This document shows positions 20,339 to 28,984 of a DNA stretch of 64,000 nucleotides, piece by piece. Below the pieces are notes generated by a model. The model had not been told where the DNA came from. It did not search any database and saw only the letters and a list, made by a program, of their open reading frames with translations. The stretch's first letter is position 1. The number at the start of each line of letters is the position of its first letter. The DNA is taken from IMG/VR virus record IMGVR_UViG_3300008113_000003, positions 124,001-188,000 of that record. One strand, given 5' to 3'. The translations under genes were made by a program, and so were the position numbers.

Positions 20339-20587
20339 TTATCTTCTTCCAGCTTTCGCTTTATTCATCTCTCTTTCTCTTGCTTCTTTTATTTTTTCGT
20401 TTTCTTCCATCAAGATATCAATAAATTTCCTTCTCTCAAAAACTGGCATAACCATTACGTCTGAATAAGTAAAATTAGCATGCTTAACCAATATGTACGA
20501 TTCGTACATCATTTGGTTTCTATACTCATACGTAAGGCCAAAGAAATTTGGCTGTAATAGGAAGTTCACCAAAAAAAAACTCTCCAC
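20339..20587 (-). CDS. Small tail-chaperone-associated ORF; either a 57-aa gene from ATG 20512 or the C-terminal extension of a frameshift product
   Basis: Overlaps the 3' end of the chaperone gene in the +1 frame; motif FTYSDVMVMPVFERRKFI. Confidence 0.6.
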   Translation of the reverse strand: MESFFLVNFLLQPNFFGLTYEYRNQMMYESYILVKHANFTYSDVMVMPVFERRKFIDILMEENEKIKEAREREMNKAKAGRR

Positions 20588-21284
20588 TTGGAGCTTCTAC
20601 ATTAATGGTCAAATCAAGACCTGGTTCGTTATCTGATAAGTGCTTCCTAAATTCAGCAGAATCCATTGGTGACATAGTGTCAATGAACTGGGCAATTGCA
20701 GCCTTTTCTCTAATACCATCAACTTCAGTGATTTGACTTTGTAATCTAAGTGTCATCAATTGGCTAATAGCGTTTGAACCCATCTTTTTGGTTCTTGCCT
20801 GATCCTCTTTAACCAATTTATCATCCTCATCAGATGTCAAATATCTAAACTTAACTGTTTTCTTACACTTTGGTAGTGTAAATGAACATTCACCGTTTTC
20901 ATCTGGTTGTAAACTATTTTCTTTTGTTGGTAATTGACTAATATCAATATCCTCGATAAATTTTTCCCCTGTTTTAGGGTCTGTTAATTCCACTGGGTAA
21001 ATTTCACCATAACCTGTGGCTCTCAAAAAGAAGATAATAGCGTTTCTATCACCTGGTAATAATTGTCCAGCTTTGATATCTTTATCTAAAATCTTTTTTT
21101 CCAATAAAATATCTAACACCTTACCACTTTGCAATAAGTTTGGTGATGTCAAAATGTTTTCATCAGCAGCGGTCATATACGCAACCTTAATGGTGTCTTT
21201 TTTATTTTTGTAAAATTTACCACCTGAAGGTAAACCAATTACGTCATGTGCTGGTTCAAAGTAAACTTGTTGTCCGTTATCCAT
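20526..21284 (-). CDS. Tail/baseplate assembly chaperone (T4 gp26-like) (252 aa)
   Basis: LPSGGKFY...VAYMTAADENIL...GDRNAIIFFLRATGYG...LPITAKFLWP; located between the tube and tape-measure genes. Confidence 0.65.
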   Translation of the reverse strand: MDNGQQVYFEPAHDVIGLPSGGKFYKNKKDTIKVAYMTAADENILTSPNLLQSGKVLDILLEKKILDKDIKAGQLLPGDRNAIIFFLRATGYGEIYPVELTDPKTGEKFIEDIDISQLPTKENSLQPDENGECSFTLPKCKKTVKFRYLTSDEDDKLVKEDQARTKKMGSNAISQLMTLRLQSQITEVDGIREKAAIAQFIDTMSPMDSAEFRKHLSDNEPGLDLTINVEAPSGEFFFGELPITAKFLWPYV

Positions 21285-21400
21285 ATTTCTTATTTATTTA
21301 AATTAATTATAGTACATTATTAAATAGTGTAAACGGTATTTTTTTCAAAATTTACCCTTTACTCGTTTTTTGACGGTACTTATTATAATAATACGCACAT

Positions 21401-21802
21401 ATGACCAAAAAGAAAAGAAAAATTGGAAAATTATTTAAAAAAATGGGTGGTACCTCAAATCTTGAAGTATCTTTTGCTGAAATACTTACAAGTTTAGGTG
21501 TTAAATTTGAACAACATTTTGTCTTTAAGAAGAGAGAATTTGATTTTTTATTAACCGAACACAACATTTTAGTTGAAACTCATGGTTGTTTTTTTCATTG
21601 TTGTAAAAAACACAATCCAGAGCCAAAATACGCCTTTCAAAGAAGAAACTTAAAGAATGATCAGTATAAGGTTAAAATCGTCAAATTTGACCTAACATAC
21701 ACCTTGTTGGTCATTTGGGAACATGAGTTGGATAAAGAGAAGGTGCTAACCGAAAGAATTAACACTTTTATTGAAAAGCACAGCAAATTGCTTAATGGAT
21801 AA
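21401..21802 (+). CDS. Free-standing Vsr/DUF559-like PD-(D/E)XK endonuclease (133 aa)
   Basis: SNLE..F...L...REFDF....ILVETHGCFFH...ND..K......LLVIWEHE resembles the Vsr HGCFWH and (L/V)WECE motifs; oriented opposite to its neighbours. Confidence 0.7.
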   Translation: MTKKKRKIGKLFKKMGGTSNLEVSFAEILTSLGVKFEQHFVFKKREFDFLLTEHNILVETHGCFFHCCKKHNPEPKYAFQRRNLKNDQYKVKIVKFDLTYTLLVIWEHELDKEKVLTERINTFIEKHSKLLNG

Positions 21803-21833
21803 AAAAAAAGGGGTCGCATAGCGTCCCCTCTTT
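21801..21833 (-). terminator. Terminator between the convergent tail tube and endonuclease genes, probably bidirectional
   Basis: AGGGGTCGC-ATA-GCGTCCCCT stem (one mismatch) with an A9 run on one side and CTTT on the other. Confidence 0.7.
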
Positions 21834-21853
21834 GTAAAATGTAATTGCAAATC

Positions 21854-22342
21854 TTAGTAAACCAATATACAACGGTCCATTCTTAATGTTGCGGTGATAT
21901 CTGCGATTTCGTCATCGCTGTATTCTAACGATCCAAAGTCAACGTTGGTCATAAATGTACCTTGAAGGATCCATTTTTCCACAACAACACCTGTTGGATC
22001 AAGCATTTCTAATTCAATATCTTTTTTATAACCAGCAGCGTAACCCATTCTACCTGTTACAGATTCAGCGTGTAGACGAACCCATTCCATTAATGCTTGA
22101 GCAGCTGAAGGACCAATAGGGTCTTTAAACGTAACGTCAATAGCATCCCAAGTAAATCTACCAGCAACCCAAGTAGATGTATTTAAGAAAGGAATCTCAA
22201 CTTCGTTTATTGCAATTTTTGGTCTTGACGTAGAGATTACAAACCACTCGTTAATTCCAAGTGAGCTTGGGAATCTTAAAATAAACCTGTTCTTTCTTTT
22301 TGGTTCGTAAGGAACAGGCATTTTCATTAATAAGTTAGCCAT
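21854..22342 (-). CDS. Tail tube protein (T4 gp19-like) (162 aa)
   Basis: YEPKRKNRF...RPKI...EIPFLN...AGRFTWDAIDVTFKDPI...MLDPTG.VVEKW.L.G...DFGSLEY; directly downstream of the sheath gene. Confidence 0.9.
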   Translation of the reverse strand: MANLLMKMPVPYEPKRKNRFILRFPSSLGINEWFVISTSRPKIAINEVEIPFLNTSTWVAGRFTWDAIDVTFKDPIGPSAAQALMEWVRLHAESVTGRMGYAAGYKKDIELEMLDPTGVVVEKWILQGTFMTNVDFGSLEYSDDEIADITATLRMDRCILVY

Positions 22343-22603
22343 ATTTTTTCTTTATTTAATTTTGTTTTATTGTTTATTAATAAATATCTTTGTTTTTGCT
22401 TTTGTACACCTTTTTAAAAAAATATTTCAAAATACTTGACTTTTGCCTGTTTTTATCTTATTTTTGTTAAGGGTCTTAACCAAAGTACTCTATTCTTATA
22501 GTACTATAATATAATACTTATTATATTCTATTCTATATATGTACTATATATTATTTTTTCTTTGTTACTTTCTTTTTTACCGTTAGCGGAAAACCACCTG
22601 TGG

Positions 22604-22638
22604 TAAAAAAATATGGGGGTACTATTAAGGCACCCCCA
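22604..22638 (-). terminator. Rho-independent terminator after the tail sheath gene
   Basis: Minus strand GGGGGTGC-CTTAATA-GTACCCCC followed by ATA and a T run. Confidence 0.75.
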
Positions 22639-22644
22639 GTTTTA

Positions 22645-25600
22645 TTATATGTTATCGAATGATACGTTTTGTGGAGTTACTGTAAATTCAAGTTCAATGA
22701 ATTCCAAAGTAGGTGTTGGTTTGATAAAGATTTTACCTTTTAAAGTATTTCTATCGTTATCTTCAACGTCCATTGCAACGCTAACTCTAAAGTCTGTTAA
22801 ACCTCTTTCTTTTCTGATGTTATCCAAGATTGGGTTAACCAAAGACAAGAATTGATTTCTAACTGTGGTATCATTTGGATCGAATAATAATCTCTTAGAT
22901 ACACTCATGATCAATCTTCTCGCTTGTAACAACAATCTTCTGATGTTCAATCTATCAAGAGCACTTGATTTAACCTGCAAGTTTCTGTTACCCCAGATAA
23001 CAACCCCAACGTCTGAATAAGTCGCTAATGGGTTAATTCTACCTGGATATAAAATATCTCTTGCTTCTTGGTCAAGAACTATACGAGCTCTATTACATTT
23101 AACTAAACCTCTATTGTAACCAGCAGTTGCAAACCAAGGGAACGCTACGTTATCTGTATAAGCCATATTTCTTACTACCTCAGCAGTAGGTGGGATATAC
23201 AAGTTTGCGTTATTGTCTGTATCTGTGATTTGTATCCAAGGATAGTAAACCGCAGTGTAGTTAGAATCGATGTCAGTGTTTTCTAATTCATCAACGATAT
23301 CTTCAGCAAAATACCAGTTTTCAGTATCTGATGGGTTGTTGTTGTTTAACAACTTGATATCAGGTAATGTTGGTAAATAAATCGCATCCAATCTCTTTTC
23401 TTCAACAACTTCAATAGCGTCTCTAACCAAATCAGTGTTGTTTAACACGTCAATACCAGGAGTTGCCAAGATGTTGATAGCGGTTTCTTCTGGGTTTTGG
23501 AATGTTCTGATACCGTACATTGTTGCATAGTAGTCAGAAGTACCGAATAACTCAGCGTACTCAACATTTGTAAATGTATCGAATGTACCAGCTACGAAAC
23601 CAGTTCTACCGATTTTGTACTCATCTGTGTTTGTTCTGTTAACTCTATAAGCATCCCAACCATCAAAACCACCAGCAAATAAAGCTGTGAATTTTCTTGT
23701 TCTCATGTTATTATAAGGGTGAGTTGTTGTTCCGTCAACCACAATTGGGTCAACAAATGAAGCAACACCAACCGCAAAAACTTGTTCTCCAGTAACAGAG
23801 TCAACAATGGTACTAGCATTGATATCCATGTGGAAACCTTTTGTTTTTGTTGTATAATCATCACCAGTATTGTAGGCGTTGTCACCTAAGATACTAATTT
23901 TACCTTTAAACAATAATAGGTCTTTATCAAATCCAAATTGGCTTGAGAAACCTAAATAGTTTTTAGTTACTCTATCACCACTAGAAACTGTAGCATTAGC
24001 AAATGGTGGGTTGTAAATTGTGTCACCAGGTGCATAATATTTCAATTTGTAAGGCATTTCAGGAACAGCTGTTGCTGTGTAACCACTAGCACTATTTGTT
24101 CTAAATTCGTAACCTTCAAAACCAGCTGGTACACCATCAGTTGGTGCGTTTACAGCCATTTCAAGAACAACATAAGCGCTCTTTAATGGGTATTTGTTAT
24201 CAATTGTACCTATTTTTCTACCAACGAAATTGTCTAATGACTCATCCATCGTACAATCAACAAATTTTTCAATTATTGATACAGCTCTATCTGTGTCGCT
24301 AAATGATCTGATGTAGATATCAAAAGTTTTCTTAGATAAATCAACATTAGCGATTGAAGCTTTGATTTCAGTGTTAGCACTTGTACCGTCAGAAATTGAA
24401 ATTAATCTGAATAATCTTTGTGGTAAACCACCTCTTAACTCAGATACAAAGAAAGGTGTTACTGGTGATTGATATTGGAATCTATAGTGATCCCAGTTAT
24501 TAACAGATGTTAATTCACTGTATAAACCTTTAATTTTACCACTTAACCAACCAAATTTCAGAGAGTTATCATAAACTTCCTCAACATAGATTTGAGAATC
24601 TTTGTCAGATGGTGTAGTACCGATTACTTTTTTGATATAGTTAGATTTTGTGCTATCTAAAGAAACTGTATAAGAGAATGTACCGCCAGTTGGGTTTGCT
24701 GTTGTACCAGTTAAATCAAAAGCTAAATATGGGTCGTTAACAACACCTGTTGGAGCGACCATATCTAATGAATTAACTTTATAACCTAACACATCTGAAG
24801 TGTAAGTACCTCTACTTCTAACGGTTGCAACGTTTTTGTTGTGACCTTCAGCGAAAGGATCAGCTGTTAACGTAACAGTGAACAATTCTAATTTACCGTT
24901 AAGTGTGTGAGCACCAGCACCTGTAAATGTATGGCAATATAAAGCAAATGATGGTCCACTGTATGTCTCGGTAGCGGTATTGTACGCTAACTCATTATTT
25001 AAAATATAAGCGTCTCTATCACTTGTTGGAACTGTGAACGGTAATTCATATGCGTCAATATAAACTGGGGTTATACCATGTGTAGCCGCATCAACCGTTA
25101 AATCAGTATCCATATCGTCAGTCAAAAGACCCCAATATAAAGCGTTTCCGTTATAGAAATCAGCATTAATGTAACTACCAACAGTTGTAAAGAATTGGTT
25201 AAACACGGTGTCAAAGTCAGTTGTAGCAACACCAGTTAAGTTAGCGATATAATCAATAAGATCGGTGTTACCAGAGTTACCAGTAACATAAAAACTATTG
25301 TTATTCGTGTCAACTTTAAAATTAATGGTTGTTTGTGTAATACCAGTGTGTGATAATGTTGATTCATCACATGCACCTAATGTTTTAATAACCCAAGCCA
25401 TACCAGCATCATAGCCAGATAATCCTAAAAGTCTTGTAACATACAATTGGTTTGATTGTGTTAAATACTGTTTTGCTATGTATGGTAATTCATACTTAAC
25501 AATTTGTGTATTTTTAAATTTTTCTGGATTAGTACCACCAAAAGTAGTCTTAAATTCATCAAAATTTCTGATGAATATTGGTTGGAACGCTGGACCCTTT

Positions 25601-25710
25601 AAGGTTTCACCCACTACACCTAATGTTGTAACACCAACTGTCTCAGTTGTGAATGTTAAATCTTTTTCGGTTGTGTAGACACCTGGAGATGCATAAACTT
25701 TGTTTGCCAT
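22645..25710 (-). CDS. Contractile tail sheath protein (T4 gp18-like) (1021 aa)
   Basis: N-terminal SPGVYTTEKD...VGETLKGPAF; C-terminal YYPW...PWFATAGYNRG...INP...WGNRNLQ..SSALDRLNIRRLL...EFIEL. Confidence 0.95.
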   Translation of the reverse strand: MANKVYASPGVYTTEKDLTFTTETVGVTTLGVVGETLKGPAFQPIFIRNFDEFKTTFGGTNPEKFKNTQIVKYELPYIAKQYLTQSNQLYVTRLLGLSGYDAGMAWVIKTLGACDESTLSHTGITQTTINFKVDTNNNSFYVTGNSGNTDLIDYIANLTGVATTDFDTVFNQFFTTVGSYINADFYNGNALYWGLLTDDMDTDLTVDAATHGITPVYIDAYELPFTVPTSDRDAYILNNELAYNTATETYSGPSFALYCHTFTGAGAHTLNGKLELFTVTLTADPFAEGHNKNVATVRSRGTYTSDVLGYKVNSLDMVAPTGVVNDPYLAFDLTGTTANPTGGTFSYTVSLDSTKSNYIKKVIGTTPSDKDSQIYVEEVYDNSLKFGWLSGKIKGLYSELTSVNNWDHYRFQYQSPVTPFFVSELRGGLPQRLFRLISISDGTSANTEIKASIANVDLSKKTFDIYIRSFSDTDRAVSIIEKFVDCTMDESLDNFVGRKIGTIDNKYPLKSAYVVLEMAVNAPTDGVPAGFEGYEFRTNSASGYTATAVPEMPYKLKYYAPGDTIYNPPFANATVSSGDRVTKNYLGFSSQFGFDKDLLLFKGKISILGDNAYNTGDDYTTKTKGFHMDINASTIVDSVTGEQVFAVGVASFVDPIVVDGTTTHPYNNMRTRKFTALFAGGFDGWDAYRVNRTNTDEYKIGRTGFVAGTFDTFTNVEYAELFGTSDYYATMYGIRTFQNPEETAINILATPGIDVLNNTDLVRDAIEVVEEKRLDAIYLPTLPDIKLLNNNNPSDTENWYFAEDIVDELENTDIDSNYTAVYYPWIQITDTDNNANLYIPPTAEVVRNMAYTDNVAFPWFATAGYNRGLVKCNRARIVLDQEARDILYPGRINPLATYSDVGVVIWGNRNLQVKSSALDRLNIRRLLLQARRLIMSVSKRLLFDPNDTTVRNQFLSLVNPILDNIRKERGLTDFRVSVAMDVEDNDRNTLKGKIFIKPTPTLEFIELEFTVTPQNVSFDNI

Positions 25711-25813
25711 ATTTAGTTAATTTTATTTATTTAATTTTATCTTATTCATAAATATCAGATTTTTTACCAAAAAACCAGAATACCTCTTCATTTTTAAAAT
25801 TCTTTATTTATTT

Positions 25814-26581
25814 TTAAGTATTTTCCGTTATTGTAAAAGTTCTACTAATCGCTGGTGTTACAATATAATCATCGGGATCTGATATAAACCCTTGTAGGTT
25901 AAAATTGTATAACTGTACGTAAAACCTTTTATTATTAAGGTCAGTAACTTGACTTTCATCTGAAGAGTCTTCTAACACAATTGGTATATAGTGTCCGTTA
26001 ACTACAGTATATGCCTGCCTGCTTTGAAAATTTTTTAAAACAGTGGCGTTAAATTTGTTTAGTTCTTGCTGTCTATAAGCAAAAATTCTAACATCATAGG
26101 TAATATCAACTGGAATTGGTTGAGGTATTTTATAAACATCAACCCCCATTTTATTACCATCCCAAGTAGGTACTTCCGCATATGTATAATGTCTACCAGT
26201 TGGTATATTATAAATCAAAGAAGGGTTTGTGCCGTATTTCGTATCTGGGTTTCTAACAATATTAACAAAAGGTATTTTTAAATTTTTATACTCATCTGAA
26301 AATTTCCATGTTTGTGAAAATTCGTTCCATTTTTGAATACCCATCATAAACACAGGGACTTTTTCACCATCAATTGAAATTGCCAATTGATTAGTTACAA
26401 AATCTTTAAAACCCCTATCCAAATCAATATGCATAACACCTTTTGGTAGGTAGGTATCGTTGTTGATGATCATATCTTTCATATTTTCAGCAGCACCGCT
26501 TTGCATTGAGTAAGGATACTCGATGTTAGCACGTTGTTGTGTTAGATTGATCTTCTTTTTAAATGAACCTGGTAAAGCCAT
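25814..26581 (-). CDS. Tail completion/terminator-like protein (255 aa)
   Basis: Between neck and sheath genes; IDLDRGF.DFV...P.PVDITYDVRI motif. Confidence 0.5.
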   Translation of the reverse strand: MALPGSFKKKINLTQQRANIEYPYSMQSGAAENMKDMIINNDTYLPKGVMHIDLDRGFKDFVTNQLAISIDGEKVPVFMMGIQKWNEFSQTWKFSDEYKNLKIPFVNIVRNPDTKYGTNPSLIYNIPTGRHYTYAEVPTWDGNKMGVDVYKIPQPIPVDITYDVRIFAYRQQELNKFNATVLKNFQSRQAYTVVNGHYIPIVLEDSSDESQVTDLNNKRFYVQLYNFNLQGFISDPDDYIVTPAISRTFTITENT

Positions 26582-26583
26582 AA

Positions 26584-27117
26584 TTATACCCCTTTAAATA
26601 CGTTAGGATCAACGTTTGTACATTTTATTCTTCTAAAATAACCAGAATAACCAAATTGAGTACTTGGGTTATCCGTATTTACAGTATCGTCATCAAACAC
26701 AGTAAAATATTTAAAATTATTTTGTCTGTCAGAATAACCGATAATATCACCGTAACTTATCTCAGCATTTTTTTCGTCAAGTTGTTTTTGTAAAACAGTA
26801 AACTCAAGATTACCATAGTCTTGGTACCTTAAATTTCCGTTTGGTGAGTATGATTTATTTTCACCGTTTTCAAGGCTAAGTATAACTTTTAATTCAACTG
26901 GTGATAAAAATCTAATATCGTTTACATTACTTTCACCGTAAACGTCATCCATTTGGGTGTTAACTCTGTCAACTCTAAATAAAACAACAGTAAAGTTCAT
27001 GTCCCCCTCGATTAGTTCTGTTGCCATATCAAGCTCAAGTTGAAAATCCTCTTCATCGTAAAACCTATTCAACCTTGTATTTGGTATTCTAGTTTTTCTT
27101 TCCATTGTTCTTTTCAT
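26584..27117 (-). CDS. Neck / head-closure protein (T4 gp14-like) (177 aa; second Met at 27105 is an alternative start)
   Basis: VVLFRVD....DDVYGES...F..PVEL...ISYGDIIGY motif; first gene of the leftward tail unit. Confidence 0.55.
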   Translation of the reverse strand: MKRTMERKTRIPNTRLNRFYDEEDFQLELDMATELIEGDMNFTVVLFRVDRVNTQMDDVYGESNVNDIRFLSPVELKVILSLENGENKSYSPNGNLRYQDYGNLEFTVLQKQLDEKNAEISYGDIIGYSDRQNNFKYFTVFDDDTVNTDNPSTQFGYSGYFRRIKCTNVDPNVFKGV

Positions 27118-27142
27118 ATAAATACTTTGATTTATTAATGAA

Positions 27143-27173
27143 TTGACTTTGTCAGAAAAATTTATTATTATTA
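27143..27173 (+). promoter_or_regulatory. Putative host-type (early/middle) promoter of the helicase
   Basis: TTGACT at 27143-27148, 17-nt spacer, TATTAT at 27166-27171. Confidence 0.45.
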
Positions 27174-27205
27174 GATAATAATAAATTAAAGGAAAAGGAA
27201 CGTAA

Positions 27206-28984
27206 ATGCAGTTACCGATAGAAAAGAGAGCGCTGGATATATTAAAAACATATAAAGGGTCAAATGACTACATATTGGGTATACAAAAGACCTACTTTAC
27301 GAGTAAAAGTTTTATACCAACAAAAAACCAAAGTGATTACATTATTAAAAACGGTAATGTTGATCCAGTTGTTGTTAACAAATTATTCGACATTAGTAAA
27401 TCTTGTAGACCTTTTATTGCTGAGCAATTAAAACTAGATTTTATACCAGACAAAATATTCATAAACAAATTACTTAGCAGAAAGGAGAACTTTTTACACA
27501 TTTATGGTTGTTTTGAAGAGGGTTGTGATCAATACTACACCTTCTATATTTCAAAGGAATGTGTTAAAGTTAGCAGACCTGAACCAGAAATTGACCCAAC
27601 AAAATATGAAAGGGACCCAAAACCGCACCAAATAACAGCGATTAAAAAATTATTGACAAACGATAAATTTATCTTGGCCGATGAAATGGGCCTTGGTAAA
27701 ACCACGTCAGCTATTATTGCGGCTATGGAAGGTCAATTCAAAAAAATATTGGTTGTTTGTCCAGCATCACTTAAACTTAACTGGAAAATTGAGATTTCAA
27801 ACTATGATTCTCCAGATAATATCAGTGTTGTTGACGGAAGTAATCTTACTGTAAAAAAATGGACAATTGTAAACTACGACATTCTTAAGAATTTTCACCA
27901 TTTACCTAGACGTGGTGTTAAAACAGCTGATCTACCTATTTCACCGATTGACTATCATAAATTTGATTTAGTTATTGCTGATGAAGCTCATTATCTTAAA
28001 AACGCTGCATCAAATAGAACCAAAATATTTAATGATTTTGCCATGAAAATACCAGTAAGATGGTTATTGACAGGTACTCCGATCACAAATAAACCAATCG
28101 ATTTCTATAATCTTTTATATTTGTGTGAATCACCTGTTGCCTCTAACTGGGTTGGTTATGTTAAAAGATATTGTGCTGGTAGACAATTTAACCGAAAAGG
28201 TACCAAACAAAAGTATTGGGTTTGTTCAGGATCATCAAACCTAGAAGAGTTGAAAGATTTTTCAGCCGATGTAATTTTAAGAAGAACTAAGAACGATTCT
28301 ATTGATTTACCACAAAAGACGATCAAACCTGTTTATTTACCACTAGAATTCTCAACTAGCTATAACGCCTATATTGATGAGTATGAAGCTTGGATTGAGG
28401 AAATGGAAGCTGCTGGTGAAAAACCAACAATTACCGATCACTTAACAAAATTGATCAAAGTTAGGCAGTTATTATCTTACGATAAGATTGCACACACAAT
28501 TGAAATGGCGGAAGAAATGTTGGAGAATGGTCAGAAAGTAATTATATTTAGTTGTTTTACAAACACAATCAAAGAGTTACAAGCTCATTTTGGTAAAAAA
28601 GCTGTGACAATTGATGGGTCGGTTTCAAAAGAAAAAAGACAACAAGCTGTTGATGCATTTCAAAATGATGATAAAATAACTGTTTTCTTGGGTAATATTG
28701 TAGCCGCTGGGGTTGGTTTAACTTTAACTGAAAGTAGCGTTGTAATATTCAATGATTTGGATTGGACACCAGCTAATCACATGCAAGCTGAGGATAGGGC
28801 ACATAGAATTGGTCAACAAAACCAGGTTCATATCATTTACCCATTATTTGCCGACACCTTAGATATGATTATGTATAAGGCGCTCCAAAGTAAAATGAAG
28901 ATTATTAGTACGATTATGGGTGATAACCCATCTGAAGAGGAAATATCAGTTGGTAAAGAGGTTATTATGCACCTTAGACGTTAA
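27206..28984 (+). CDS. SNF2-family (SMARCAL1/HARP-like) helicase/ATPase (592 aa)
   Basis: LADEMGLGKT, VVCPASLKLNW, DEAHYLKN, LLTGTPITN, FQND...AAGVGLTLT, DWTPANHMQAEDRAHRIGQ. Confidence 0.93.
   Translation: MQLPIEKRALDILKTYKGSNDYILGIQKTYFTSKSFIPTKNQSDYIIKNGNVDPVVVNKLFDISKSCRPFIAEQLKLDFIPDKIFINKLLSRKENFLHIYGCFEEGCDQYYTFYISKECVKVSRPEPEIDPTKYERDPKPHQITAIKKLLTNDKFILADEMGLGKTTSAIIAAMEGQFKKILVVCPASLKLNWKIEISNYDSPDNISVVDGSNLTVKKWTIVNYDILKNFHHLPRRGVKTADLPISPIDYHKFDLVIADEAHYLKNAASNRTKIFNDFAMKIPVRWLLTGTPITNKPIDFYNLLYLCESPVASNWVGYVKRYCAGRQFNRKGTKQKYWVCSGSSNLEELKDFSADVILRRTKNDSIDLPQKTIKPVYLPLEFSTSYNAYIDEYEAWIEEMEAAGEKPTITDHLTKLIKVRQLLSYDKIAHTIEMAEEMLENGQKVIIFSCFTNTIKELQAHFGKKAVTIDGSVSKEKRQQAVDAFQNDDKITVFLGNIVAAGVGLTLTESSVVIFNDLDWTPANHMQAEDRAHRIGQQNQVHIIYPLFADTLDMIMYKALQSKMKIISTIMGDNPSEEEISVGKEVIMHLRR

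Noticed and set aside
20571-20579. A9/T9 homopolymer as a sequencing-error frameshift splitting one gene
   Set aside because: The upstream frame continues past the run into a plausible conserved end (LPITAKFLWP) and both frames look coding; kept as a biological frameshift candidate, but reads should be checked
1703-20736. Many plus-strand ORFs of 60-226 aa opposite the tail genes (e.g. 12251-12727, 12941-13255, 14656-15336)
   Set aside because: Antisense shadows of long minus-strand genes; their hydrophobic/Ser/Leu bias and repeat content mirror the sense codons
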